Source of the DNA: Iphione sp. A-MEVVRFRX5
Taxonomy: Eukaryota
Direction of reading: 5' to 3'
Assembly: GCA_976226885.1 (NCBI GenBank)
Contig: OZ320316.1
Span: forward strand, 58,094,001 to 58,158,000
Length of the DNA stretch: 64,000 bases
In this document: positions 1 through 12,808 of the stretch, piece after piece
Layout: each line of letters opens with the position of its first letter
Position numbering within the stretch: the stretch's first letter is position 1
Made by a program: the position numbers and the translations under genes
Notes under the pieces: generated by a model
The model's input: the letters and a program-made list of their open reading frames with translations, nothing else
Databases searched by the model: none
What the model was told of the DNA's origin: nothing

Positions 1-569
1 GCGGCGTTACTGATGGTGATGAAGACCATGTGCCCTGCGCTCTGTCTCTGCAGCCACCCCATCCATGCATGGTGAATACACCAAGCCGTCTCTTGATAAC
101 TCCAAACTCTTGCACTTTGTCCATTCATCTGCGGCCACAGGACCCACAGCGGAGTCGGCGCTGTATCAATAAGCTCTACATCAAGAAGGATAAATTCTAT
201 CAATATCCAGGCAGAAATGTCACATTCTCCCTGACCTGAATCCGACAGCTCCCTGGTCATTTCCGCAGGCCCTAATCTTTTATGACAGCTTGCATTGCCA
301 ATAAGGGATGCTAAAGGAATCCCATTAGTCTATATGCAATCACGATAGGGATAAATTTTATTAATGGTCAGAGGCATAACTAGGTTGAACATTTCGATGA
401 CGGATTGAATTTTTGTCCGTCTTTAAGATGGTCGCTAAACACGCATACTTTTTTAGTAGCGAGAATATCAATATCTGAAAGAATCTTTCCTTAATTAATA
501 GTCTTGAAATGATGTTTCTGTAACTATCGCGTTTACAAGGTTTTGCAATGGCAGAAATAAATCAAGTCA

Positions 570-890
570 ATTAATGTGACGGAACCTTCCGGTTTGAAGA
601 CTACCGACCCGAGATACCAATATGAATGCTAATATGTAACGTTATTGATGGATGAAGACAAATTCAAGTTGCGATCGTTAAAAACAAGTTATTTTGACAT
701 TATCCCATATCCCCTTACGCAAATGTGCAACATTTCCTGTGACTAGGCATCTTCTAGGTTGTGCTTAGAGAAATATCATTGATTTTCCAATTGCCTTCAC
801 CTACTCTAGCGTCTTGTATTAAATCAGCGTAATGAAGTTTACTCCATTACTTTGGAAAGACAAGTGCCAAAAAGGCGTGGGCAGCCCGCT
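570..890 (+). mobile_element. P-element-like transposase remnant (pseudogenised)
   Basis: Frame from 570 reads EC*YVTLLMDEDKFKLRSLKTSYFDIIPY (cf. C-x-L-x2-DE-x2-K-x2-L-x-Y...D-x-I-G). After a +1 shift it reads HLLGCA*RNIIDFPIAFTYSS...KFTPLLWK (cf. H-V-L-V-F-M-x-R-G...F-P-x-A-x-F...L-x-P-L-x-W). Motif order fits P-type transposases; stops and a frameshift are present. Recognised by eye only. Confidence 0.45.
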
Positions 891-1384
891 TCCGGCGACT
901 TGTTCACCGGCTGCCAAAAGGGGAAGTTGGAGAAAGGCTCGCGATAAAATGGCGGCAACGTGCACTAACCCACCCACCCAGTCGGTCGATTATATAGCCG
1001 GGTGCTCGCACGTCCTGTCAGCAGGCATTGAGCTCCATACCCGTCTCACTGGCGCAGTCTGCTGATCACAGCCCTCCCGCCTGTCGTCTTGCTTGCCCTC
1101 CGCATCCGTCCCCACCCGCTCAGTCAGCCTCTTTTGTCTTCACTGAAGCAGTCATATCAGGACCTCGTCGCGGCAGCAATAGGTAAACCGGTAATGGATC
1201 GCCTGATTAAGCGCTGGCTGGCCCTCTAAATTTCGCCATGGGCTGGGACTTGATCTTTATCCGGCCCAGCGGTTCCAATGCTAATCACTGAACCGCGCTT
1301 TACGTGTACAGGTATATTCCCTGCTGGGGAACATTTTGGCAACGAAGTTGGTTGAATGAACTGGATCTTTTCCAGTAGTCCATC

Positions 1385-1761
1385 TCGTGACGTATACTGG
1401 ACAGCGAAAGGTACCACCGTCCCACTGGGCACCTTATATGAACCGAGCGTTGTCGTCCAGTCCTGGGGGCATAATCCCTCTAGAGAAACCATTGCTTCAC
1501 ACCCACCGCCATAATTTCCTGATTGTAAGATATGGCTACAATCACAGAGAAAGGGTATCTCTGTGTGAAGTCCCTCAAGGCTTTCACCAAGCCAGTACCA
1601 TGACCACCTTCTCCGTTGGCTATTGCATTCATCTTCCCAAAGAGCGTCGATCTCCAACCTGCCAGCCAGTCCCTCCTCCAGATATCTGCTTTGAAGAGGG
1701 ATGCTTCTCGTACCCGAGGTTCTAGTCGCCAAACAAGACCAAAAACATTCCCCAGTGCCAT
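1385..1761 (-). mobile_element. Gypsy/Ty3-like integrase core remnant
   Basis: ORF 1480-1761 reads FGLVW...FKADIW...ANGEGGHGTGLVKALR...ISYN, with spacing close to the rve core (FG..SD-x-G-x2-F-x4-W...NG-x2-ER..LR...AYN). An overlapping frame gives DWTTTLGSYKVPSGTVVPFAVQYTSR (cf. W..LAYR..STG.TPF.L.YGR). The catalytic D/E residues are not conserved. Confidence 0.38.
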
Positions 1762-4700
1762 AGTTCTTTACCCGCTTGGAGGCTGGATTTCGACTGCTAA
1801 ACGAAGGCAGTGGGAGTTCTGAGGCCTTGTAGGGGTTCAATCGCGGCTGCAGGCTGCTTTAGTGACAGTGTGGAGAAATGGAATTGAGCAACCGTAGGAG
1901 GTACGGCGTACGGGGTGGAACTATTGGGGTGGCAGGGGGCTGTCAAATGCCTCCGATCCAAGATATCCTCAGTAATTCACTTTCATTTTCAGTTCAGATG
2001 CGCGTGGCGTCAGTCTCTCTGACATCCGATCGAAGTAGCGTGCGTCTTATCTTGCTTCGGGAACGGAAATGAAAAATGCGCAAGAAAACAGAGAAGACTG
2101 ACATTCACTTTCTTGTGGCCGGCACTACATTCATCATGGCTAACTGCGTTTTGTCTCCTCACTTCGTCAGTCGCCACCCAACAATTCCTAGAATACAATG
2201 GCATCGTCTATCGTTTGTCTCAAATGCCCCGTACCTTTTTGAAGTTCAGCTTCCTAACTTAGTTCTTTCCGACTGTTAATTAAATCCTAGGGAACAAACG
2301 GAAGAGACTATTCCAAGAGTACGGCGTTGCAGTGCTCGTTATCATTCATTTTGCTTCTGCGTTGTAATTCCCGCCATGGAACAAATGGGGCCCAATGATT
2401 GACAGGCACAAACGATGCCTGCTAATAGCGGGAAGTGTTTTAGTGCAGAATTATCGCGATGTTTTACAGAATTTTAATGTGCAATTCCATGTCTCAACAG
2501 CGAAAAGTTGTCCGTGTTAATCCAGAGATCGACGGTGTTGCATTGTAGTGAGAGAGAAAAAAATGCAAAGAATGGGCGGGAAATGTAAATATTAAATGAT
2601 ATAAAACAGCAATGCACTCGTTTCAACTTGCTGGTAATACTGTGCGCCTGGTAGAGACGGTTGTATAAATAGTTATTTTACTCTCCCATCGGGAGTATTC
2701 GATAAAGTTGTCTTTACTTACATAACCTATCCGTCCTTCATTACAATCTTACATCTATGAAATAAACAATGGTATATGTTTGTTAAGGATGTCCTTTAAA
2801 ATATGTCTTTCAAATAATTGTAATGGGGTATGTCATCAGGGCTGTGCATTGGTTGGACCCGTCTCGGTTAACGTAAAGTGTCATAGCCAATCTTCCTTAA
2901 TGTGCATGTCGGGCGTCTTAAAGCATCAGGTTGACCGTCCTTTTCCTAGGAATGAAGAGTGGCCTACGGCCTTGAGGGACATAACCGAGCTCTATATAGA
3001 TACCTTCAGAAAACACTGCAAAGTTCTCAGCAGGGGAGGACCTCCGCCGGATGATAGCTCCACTCTCATTAAGGAGACCCTTTTCACTATTCCCCTCAAC
3101 TGTTCCTCAATACAAAGGGGCTTCGTGATTTCGAATCCCAGAGCGTGACTTTCATCTTGACGTTAATGAGATCCCAGGGCCAGAGATCTGGGTACATCCC
3201 TTAAGGCACTTTCGGCCTAACTCTCTCGTGGGTGGACGGTGTTTTCCAGCGAATATAAACCGTCAAACTTCAACACCTGCTTAACGTGGACAGTTTTTCT
3301 AATAACTTGCGTGATTAGTTTAAGATCCTTTCTGTCAGTTACTATTGGGGCCACCCTTTAGAGCTACTTCACTTGTATATCCATGTTTGAAACTACCCTT
3401 ATTGGCACCTCCCTGTTATAATGAGACCCCCTTTTCCGCGCTTTTGTGGGGCATTGATTTTTGACAGAGGAACGAGTTCGCAGCTGTGGTGATTATATGG
3501 CTCTAGACGCAATGTATAAGACCACCCCGCTAAAACGGATCAGCGAGGAGGGCGATCCCACAGTTAGATTAGCCGTCATGGGGTCCTTGATCGATGTCCT
3601 AACTGAGGGATATGCACCAAGAGACCAACCATGCCGGACAATTCCTGCCGTAAATGGTACGGCCCGACCGGGCACGGATCGGTGGGGATGGTGACACAGT
3701 GCAAGTGCTCTGTACGGCGCGGGACGGTATAGCATACCGAGTGAACTAGTACTACATGAAGCGAACTGCAGCGACCACCCAGACCCATCACTGGCTGTGC
3801 TCACTACCCCCAACCCCCAAGGCGGAACGTACTTTGCTGCCCTGTCATCTCCTCACCACTTAATGATATTAACTGGAGGATTAGCTCCCGATCTCGGCCT
3901 GTTTGCACGGGTGAGAAACACCACCACTTTGGCAGCCTACAATAGAGCGACATCGGTTGCCAAAGTCCTGAACATAGATCTCGATGGGATAACTTATACG
4001 TGAATAGAGAAGTTGACTCACCCGCTGCCAGAGACGATGCTAGCGTCTGCTTTTGTCAGTGTCTCGACCATATAGGCCTCTTCTGGTCCAAACAACCTGG
4101 CCGTAGCTGCTCTCGTGGCATTTAGACGTGTAAGGTTTCGGAAGAGGCTATAGGTATGTGTTAGCTGTAGATGGGATGCACTTGTACTCAGCACTCAGGC
4201 AGCAGCCGCGAACGTCCGTCCGCCCACTTGCCTGCCTGCCTGCTCCTGCCCCGCTCTGCAGGAGCCGCGTTGTGCAGGGGCTGCCTACTGATCGATCCAG
4301 TAGCCCGGCGCTTCAGCCCGCCCACAGCGCCCTGTTCTCCTCAACCTCCTACTCCTCCTCGCCGCACCGCCCTGGAGAAGACGGAGAAACAGCAGAGCTT
4401 ACTGCCTGCACCATATAGCCATAGGCCTTGTCCGACCTGGCAGGGGACAGCAGCGCTCTGACTACGTTAATCATCACACTGCAACGTCTGTGAAGTTCTG
4501 AACGACACGCTCCTCAAGTAAACTAATAAAGCAAGAAAATTGGATTCTAGCTTAATGACAATGTTTGAATTATCCTCAGGACGTTTGCATATCCATCACG
4601 GGAAGAACTCGTATTTCCTTTTTTCAAATTACTTGGAGGCGACTAATTATAAGACGTAATAGGAATAGATGAAATCCTTTTAGGTGCATTGTATGTCTCC

Positions 4701-7700
4701 AGGTGTGTGCATGGATGAAGGCATCTCTGGCGCAATGTATTTTTGAAGGTATTTAGTTTATATTGTAAGCATATCCCTTAACTTTAAAGGCAAGCAGTTT
4801 AAGTGAAAGATTCGGACAGCAAATATACATGTATGTATTTAAGTAGTATATGAAGACGTGTCTTTGCCTCAGGTATCTTTACTTCAGAGATATGGAAACC
4901 GCATATTCTGGGATGAACTATGGGTTCCTTTTCTTCAAACGATCTGTTTTTAACTAAGCTTCTGTGTCGTGAAAACATTTTTAAAATTATGTTATTAATG
5001 CGGTTCCTGTTTGTTGAGAGATAAGATGTTACCTGCTGATATGCTTCTCAACATAATACGACTGAGGCTTTGAGGACGTTTTATGTTGCCGAATACAAAC
5101 GATAAAGGCTAAACAGAGTTAGAAATACTTTCCAAACTCCATAGTTTTTCTATTAAGTATTCAGTCGGGTTTTCTCATAAGTATGTGTAGAAGAAAGGTC
5201 TAATAAACCTCCCGGACAGGATATCACCCTGGTCCATTAAACAGATTTAATGTGGCGCCCTCGCCTGGACCTCTTGGCGGATAAAATGCCGTTGACGACG
5301 CATTCAGGTATCATCAATCCTTTAATATTTTGAGTGCAGCTTGCATTACTTCTGTTTTGATCTTCGTTAGCTCGGGCAGCTTCCATGATGGATCGAGGCC
5401 TTCACCGGCTGTCGGGAAGGCTAGTATCGTATGCATCCCTAACTAGACGCTGTCGGCCCGATTCCTGGGGCCCCCCGACATCTCCTCCGCCGTTTGACTA
5501 TTGAATATCGTGTTAGTTTATTCATGACTTGTCATGTAGCTGGCCACGGCGATCTCGTAATTATTGTCAAAAGTGAGCAAACTAATTAGGGAGACGAGGC
5601 GTGAGCGAGAGGTGTGAACAATCACACGCCTGGCAGTTCGTGGTAAACTCATGAAGATCAATGCTGACGCCCATGTGTTATTTTTAAAACCCTATTGAAG
5701 GCTCAAGTGAAATAAAAACACAGTAATAAAAGTTAACAAGTTTTCTTTTTTTAAAAACAAACAAGCAGTAATCCCCAACTCCTACAATGAAGAAATTTTG
5801 TACCCTTCCACACAAAGCAAAGCACTGTCCTCATTTGTTCGTGAGTCAGACGGCGTCATGTAAAGAACATAGGGCAATGCCCGTAAACGATTGTTCAGCT
5901 CGAAAATCGTATTTGTCATGACGCTCGGCTATTACTGTCACTCTCTGTCAAAAATAAAATCCATTTCGTTTCCGTCCGTGTTACAAGTGGCCACATACGG
6001 CGTGGGTAGGAACAGCTGTTGCCCGATGTTTAAAGAGGCCTGACGTCACTTGAGGCTCTTCTGAGGAGTAGATATTGACAAAAGGATACATACCTGAGTT
6101 TGACCTTTGAATTTCCTCCCCCGACGGGAGCCATGTTTTATCAGCGAGCTGCCTATTATGCAGGGGGATTCTGCGGACCGACACAAGGGACTACATATGA
6201 AGTCTTCTCAGATATCGAGTCCCTTTGGATGGACCAAAGAATGGGGATGAAAAGGGTCGACTACAGGCGTAGCCGCCTTGGACTCATCGGTTCCCATCAA
6301 TGTCTAGGCTGGCATCAAAGGTTCCTGCACCTTGTAGGACTTGAAAACCTTCGCTGCCGATGATTGCTGACGATGTAGAGGCTCGGTCAGAAAGTTGGCT
6401 CTCTGTGTCTCTCAAAGTGTTGCTTCTTCAGTCGTCCTGTTGTTTTCCTAGCTCTTTTCTGATCGATCTCTTTGGGGGTAACATATGGTCAGGGTGGTTC
6501 AATAATGTTGACCCATTTTCCCCTACAAGGAATAGGACCCTTGCCTGCCTGGCGCTCTACCGACTCGTATACCCCAGGTGTATGAGTACAGCTCCCCAAG
6601 TACACATACATGCGCATGTTTACTCATCTGCAGTACAACCTACCTCCAGAATCCATTTTTAGAAATAGATTCATAGAGGCAGATTCCTGTATGTGCTTGT
6701 ACATAAATATGTCTATTGTGGTCCCCTTATAAATTTGCATCTTCATGAGTTCAAAGTATCGTAAAGAAATACTTCGTTAAGTAGCAATTCTCATGAGGTG
6801 TTGTGAAGCACCAAGAAAGCAATGACAAACAGCAGGACCACTGTCATATCTGATGGCAGGCTGATAAAGTAAACGTTCCTACGGATTCACTGTTCTCAGG
6901 GGCCACTTAGGCCCCTTATCTTTGCAGCAATCCTCCTGGGGTCGTCTGTATTTTTTTTTATCAGCCGTTGGTTATAGATTAAGGAAGAACATTCGTGGGG
7001 CAACAGGCGGTCCTGTGTCAAGACTAAATGCATTGCGATGCCACTAAAAGGATTCTCTGTTACCGTTGCACCCGTTGGCGCTGCTAGCCGCACGGGTTGC
7101 GGACGACAAGGCTCGAGTGAGGAACACAGATGTACGTTGCCTGTCGGCTATACGTATGAGCGAAGGGTAACTTGAAAGATGGCCGCTCACGCCAGTTATA
7201 ATCAACCCTCAGCGAACATGGCCGCAGTTTCTTACCTGAAGGTCGCCGCCTTTGACATTTTTGCTGCGCCCGGGGAGTCGGCCGCTGTGAGAGTGCTTTG
7301 TGGTGAGGTCGTTAATCCACAAGATAAAGGAGGTTTATATGCGTGCAACCAAGCCAACGCAAATGCTTCTACATGTGGCGCTTTAGACGCAGACCCGACA
7401 GTTAGGAATAGCGCCTTAGTGCTTCAGAACAGGCCGCACAAGATTTACTTTATAACTGCTTGGCTTGTGAGGGAAAAGGAACAACATCGGGAAGGTCGCG
7501 TTCACCGACCCACTACGTAAAAGAAAAGGTGACAAATTCTTAAGCGCTGACTTGCGACTTTCAAAAGCGTCATCCAGGCGTGATGAGAGGAACATGTCCT
7601 ATGGTACTTAAAACCCCGCGAGGCCTTTAAATAGTTCGAGCAAATGCCCGCTAACAACAAAAGACTCACAATATGAGTAGAAGAGGAACATTTCTCGCAG

Positions 7701-10700
7701 CACTTCTCTGTTTTGTCCATATATTACTTTATCTCAGTGGGTTAGGACATATTGAGTCGATTCTGTCAGCCTTTTGTGCACATCAAAGCATGCCTATCAG
7801 ATGTTTCCACATTGATATACGCAAAATGTGTCATTCAACTTGAAGGACGCATTTCATCATGCTTGAGTTGAAGTTCTATTGGCTCTAAAGCATAATTTTA
7901 AAAAATTCTTCTATGGAGTGCTTTCACCTTGAACTGCAGTATACATATGTTGGCGTACTGATGTTTATATGCATAGCCAAATCTATATTACGGCAAAAAG
8001 CAGCTGCCATTACATGTACATGTACTAATATTTTTTCAGAGTGGTGCAGGTAAATTACGAAACCACGACTTAAACAGTATAACAATTAAGCCAGGCTCCT
8101 CCACGACAATCACCAATGTGGCGCCACGGCGGACAAAGGGAATCGAGTAACTGGTAGCAGGGCGTGCGCTATTTAAGGGAGCCTACACATTAAGGTCCTA
8201 AGTGATGGTAGTGGGGGCCTGAGGCTGGTCCACGAGCCTCAGCCTGCTGTCGATGAGATCTACAGCCCAGAGATAACTATAAGACTATTGTGCGAAAGGC
8301 TGGCGAGACACGAGAAAAAAGATTCGGTCTAGGCAGGCAATCAAAGGGCCACTTATCTGCATCCATTCCGTTATCATCCATTTATTTTCTTCCAATTAAA
8401 AGCCAAAATTAATGCCTCGATCGCAGCTGGGGTCCTTACCGGGAGAGGGGCAGTAAGGACATGCGACATATTGATGGATAAGTGCCATCTATTCCCAGCA
8501 ATTGCTTTTTTCCATGCACCTTCACGCGGATCCGATGCTCATTGTATACGCATTACAAGGCCCGCCCGTCGTTTACTTCACTTTTTTATTGCTAAATGAT
8601 AATGGAGCGAAAAATAATATCGGCTGATGGGCATTGGACCGGCAGCTACGTGAATAACGTGTTATTCTGATGGCTATTAATCATCCGTACTTACAGGCGT
8701 GGCGGTCTCAACCGTCTGTGAACATTTCATCCGATATTCCGCTTCCCCTTCGCTGGCTGTCAGCGACCTAGGTCAGGGAGAATGCCTCATGCATTTGGAA
8801 GAATTTCTGTCGCAATAGAAAGACAGGGTCTCTGCCCATGCCAGGGCGTCGTATTCCTCATCCTTCCTCGCCATTTTCATCAGGTCCTGCATTGAGACAT
8901 ATAGCCCACCGGTGATGATACGAACGGCAGGGACCTACCAAACCTAGTCAACTCGCTGAGCTTGGACGTCCCTAGACAACAACTAATATCATACAACCCA
9001 GGAGGTCTACTCAACCCCTCAGATTTATGCCTTGCAGGAAATTCCCTCTTCCTCTGGCGTCTGAATGTGCCGAGAATCCGGTCTATGCTCGGTGAATGTC
9101 ACCGACGGTACCACCAGATGGAATCCCAGAACGTCTTCACGACTTGATCAGTGTGTACTGCGTCTGCGCACAATACACATACATATATGTAATAAACGTC
9201 TAATCCCATACCTGTCCGCCCAGAGCCTGGCAACAACCAGTCGCGATAGCATTCGGAGAACAGATCACTGTACGAATAATTCCACGGGCGCTCCTAGTTT
9301 CCGTACCGTATTTGCCACAGCCGCATTCAGTGGCTTCTGCGTATGAGCAATCGTCTGGGAGTGGGATTTCCTGGAAAGACTCGATAATACATGTACACAT
9401 GCAGGTTGTACAAACATAGGGGAACTGAATACTTTTATATCTCTGTCTTTAATCTTATCAAAACGAATGCAGTCCGTAGAAGATTACTTGTCGGTGCGGT
9501 GCCACAGGATGTCACCTGTGATACATGGTTTCGTATTAAAAACATAATATTTTGCTGATTTCATATCAGATAGGATGGTGAGAGCACGGAAATAAAACCA
9601 GTCATATGAGCTCCCATGATATGCAGTTATGGCACTTGTCTTATTTGACATAGTTTAAGCCAAGACCTCGACATGCGACTCCTACTTGCGTAGGATCCGA
9701 CGCTCTGTCAGGTCTAGGTAGTACATTTACAGGTAAACAGAAAAACAGCGTTTACTAGGCTCGTCAGGTAATTATGACTAGTGCGACTCATTATCCTTTT
9801 ACGCTGTGATGCTGCGGACTGGCCGCCTCTTCCTCCTGCAAAGGGAAACCCATGGGCGAACACTGATAGGCCCGAGATATATTCCGGCCGTTAGCGGCGC
9901 AGGTGCGGCAACATGGCCAATCTGTCTAGGTGGGATTGTTCCCAATGGCTCGTAGATCGGACAGGCGGAGCCCCCGAGTAGCCACTGACCCAAAGAGGCG
10001 TCCCAAACATAAGTAGGGGCTATTAGTAGGCGCAATCATCCGCCTGTACAACAGCTATTCTGCAAGTCGCTGACAAGGACGAGCCTAACACCGCACCCCT
10101 CCTATCGCCCTATTCCCCCTATGTGATCGCCTATTTAGAAAACAGTGGTCAACATTCTTGCAACTGCGCCGTCGGCATTTTATCACACGTCCATAGTGGG
10201 CGCTAAATGTACCCCATTGTTAAACCTGGAAGGTGGAAAACTACTTGGGCAGACACAACAATGCCATTTGTAGATGGGCAACAGCACAAGAACTAGCCAT
10301 TTTTGAGCCGAAAAAGGTCATGTTGGTCAGCCGCGCCCTTTGAGAGGCGGCGTAATGGCTGATTTCTACAGTGGCTGCCCGTCCGGATGACCCACAGACA
10401 CTTAACGTCCCCAATTTAAAGACAGCGCGAATGGCACAGCGGGCGAAAAAGGAAGACTGTGGCTGAACACAAAGCCATCGATGTCCTCGTTGAGCCGTTT
10501 ATTTCTGGACACTGCCAGGAAACATAAAAACCATGTCCCTGTAGAGATTGAATATTGCATTCTGGCATGTAAAAAAAGCACCACGCTAGCTTTATAAGAT
10601 AGTATCTTTTATTGAAATTCCCCAGACACCATAAATTATTGTTCCTTACACATGAAAAAATAACAAATCTCAAGATATCATTTACACCACATCAGCGTCA

Positions 10701-11545
10701 TTACCAGTATACACAGTCGGTGGCTTCTGCATTCCACACGACTATCCCACTGCAAGCAATATCTACAACGTACCATTTTTTCTTACTGATTTGAATTCTG
10801 CAATTGTATTGTCCAGGAGCATTTTAAAGGTCTATGACCTCCATTCTCACATAGAGTCAGAGCTTCGTGTAGCTGAAATTCCCAAGCCTCATTGCTTGTT
10901 ACTAGATTTGAGTGAGGACGTTCGCTGCCAGGATCATGATCCCCTGCAAAGCCGATTTAAACTGTTAAGCCGATCTTCGGAATCGCCCCCTCACGGCGGC
11001 AACTGCCTCCCCTGATATTTCACGAGGGGTGACCCCGTTCCAGCACTGGGGCCTCCTACCGCCATTATTTCCAATACCACTGCCACCAGTCCTAGATTGA
11101 AGCGCATCGTTTTTGTTCAAGACACCGCACCAATTGGGAACAACCCCATTGAGCCATTAGTGGGTGAAACAAGCCTCCTGCCTGTCGCGACACGGACAGC
11201 AATGTAATTTTGGGCGCAACTCTTAAGAATATAATCACATTTATACAATGCCCCGCTCAGCAAGGCTCTAGCCGAACTGCAATGTATGCCCGCTCATGTC
11301 GCAAATGAAGTTAGTGTTCTCGTGAGAATGCAATTACCATCATGCGTGTGGTCAGCTATTGAGTTAGGCTGTTAGGGTCAGCAGGACTCTGCCGCCAGAC
11401 CACATATCATATGCCCTCTGGTTACCACCCATTGCCTCCCTCGCTGGCATTCGTACAGGTACGTATCTACGACCGTTTATCTTCAGCTGGGCGAATTTGC
11501 CTACTCGGCACTTTCAAACTAGCACTGCATTTGAGAAAAGCGATA

Positions 11546-11725
11546 CTGTAGAACGCCACCGTAGTGGCATGTCTCAAAAAGGGACATACTTCTAATAGGG
11601 ACACCTCAGAGAACAAAAGATGCACTATCTTCTATATAGTAAAAGACGCCTTTTATGGGGGCAAGTCTAAATTGGGGACAGTTTAAGAAAGCACCAAGGG
11701 TGTTCTGATTGGAGGCTTTCTACTA
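11546..11725. mobile_element. Short pogo/Tc1-mariner-type MITE, degenerate
   Basis: TA flanks at 11544-45 and 11726-27. Left end CTGTAGAACGCC versus reverse complement of right end TAGTAGAAAGCC (9/12). Internal repeated GGGACA motifs and a terminal GTGTTC..GGAGGC typical of such MITEs. Confidence 0.5.
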
Positions 11726-12644
11726 TAGTTCATTACAATACAGAAGGATGCAAGTGCAGGTAATTAATGGAGTACTCTTCTTAAGAAATCTTGTATTGTT
11801 AAAGGTTTCAGTGGGAACATGACACAAGCCATACTTTGTGCAGCACAATTCCGCGTAAGTTACTTGTGTAAATTATAAGAGATCGGAAAGGTGTAACCAA
11901 TATGATCCAAATTAAGGAGGCTATTTTGCCAGAACCCTATTTAAACGATAATCTAGAGCGGTTTATGTAAAATGCTACATAAATATAAATAATACATTTG
12001 TTGAGGATAGTAGCGTATAGGTTTCCAATAAGTCGGTTAAATTCTGCTGGATAAATAACTGCACTATAATTAGCTGTTGGGGGCAGTTAAAAGAACACAG
12101 ATCGCAAGTCTATGATTCTGTTGTTGCTGCCCACAGTTTCTGTAAGCCTGTATTTGGTAGCTTAACTTTGTCAGCTTTGCCATTTTGCAAGAACATTATA
12201 AATTGTTCTCTTTGCCCTTGAATGATAGAGCAGAGTGTTGTACACGATTTGTTACCACAGTATGGAGGACGAGGCATACCTGAGTATTCCATACAGTGAC
12301 ACTATATCCAGTACAGCTATACGAGGTGTGCATCTAACTTAAAGCATGGCATATATGCTAAAAAGAAGCTTCCTATGTTCAAGACATGCCTGCTATGCTA
12401 ATTAAACATTCCTCCAATCAAGTAACAAGACGCTAATTAGCTGATTACGAAAAGGTGACGCTCCAAGAGTCACCGGTTAGTCGCACCCCAAAGCAGAATG
12501 GACAAACGAAATTTCGAATTCGATCCCGACTAATGAGTCAGGTTGAAGCACTGGAGAGGTCTTATACTCATGCCATCAGAAAGGGGTATCAATCTGGACG
12601 ATTCACAGAAAGGAATAAACCACATTGACCAACGTTCCTCATGT

Positions 12645-12808
12645 GTCCCCAGAGACACTTCCAACCACTCCTCACACCAATCTCAGCCTTAGATGGTCTC
12701 CCTGTGGAGAAGCTGGATTATTGGTTGACGCATATTATTACCGAGATATGGAAAAGGGACAAGAGCACATACCACCCTGGTAAGACAAATGCCAATAACC
12801 TATCATAG
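12645..12808 (+). mobile_element. Crypton-like (ZMYM/KCTD1/QRICH1 DUF3504-associated) N-terminal remnant
   Basis: VPRDT (cf. VPKNT), then after a frameshift LDGLPVEKLDYWLTHIITEIWKRDKSTYHPG, matching the L-x-Y-W-L-x2-F-x2-E-x-R-K-x-D-G-x2-Y-P-P signature of CryptonA-type proteins. No tyrosine-recombinase core is recognisable downstream. Confidence 0.55.

Noticed and set aside
946-956. YY1-like AAAATGGCGGC (also 34797-34807, with variants near 7177 and 7196)
   Set aside because: A motif match alone, with no associated gene or TSS evidence.
6134-6166. IIGSSLIKH (minus strand) resembling an SGNH esterase block I of LINE ORF1
   Set aside because: Single short motif, GDS not intact, other blocks not found.
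8030-8056. Possible 10-nt micro-exon (TTTTTTCAG|AGTGGTGCAG|GTAAAT)
   Set aside because: Such splice-like pairs occur by chance, and no flanking exons were identified.
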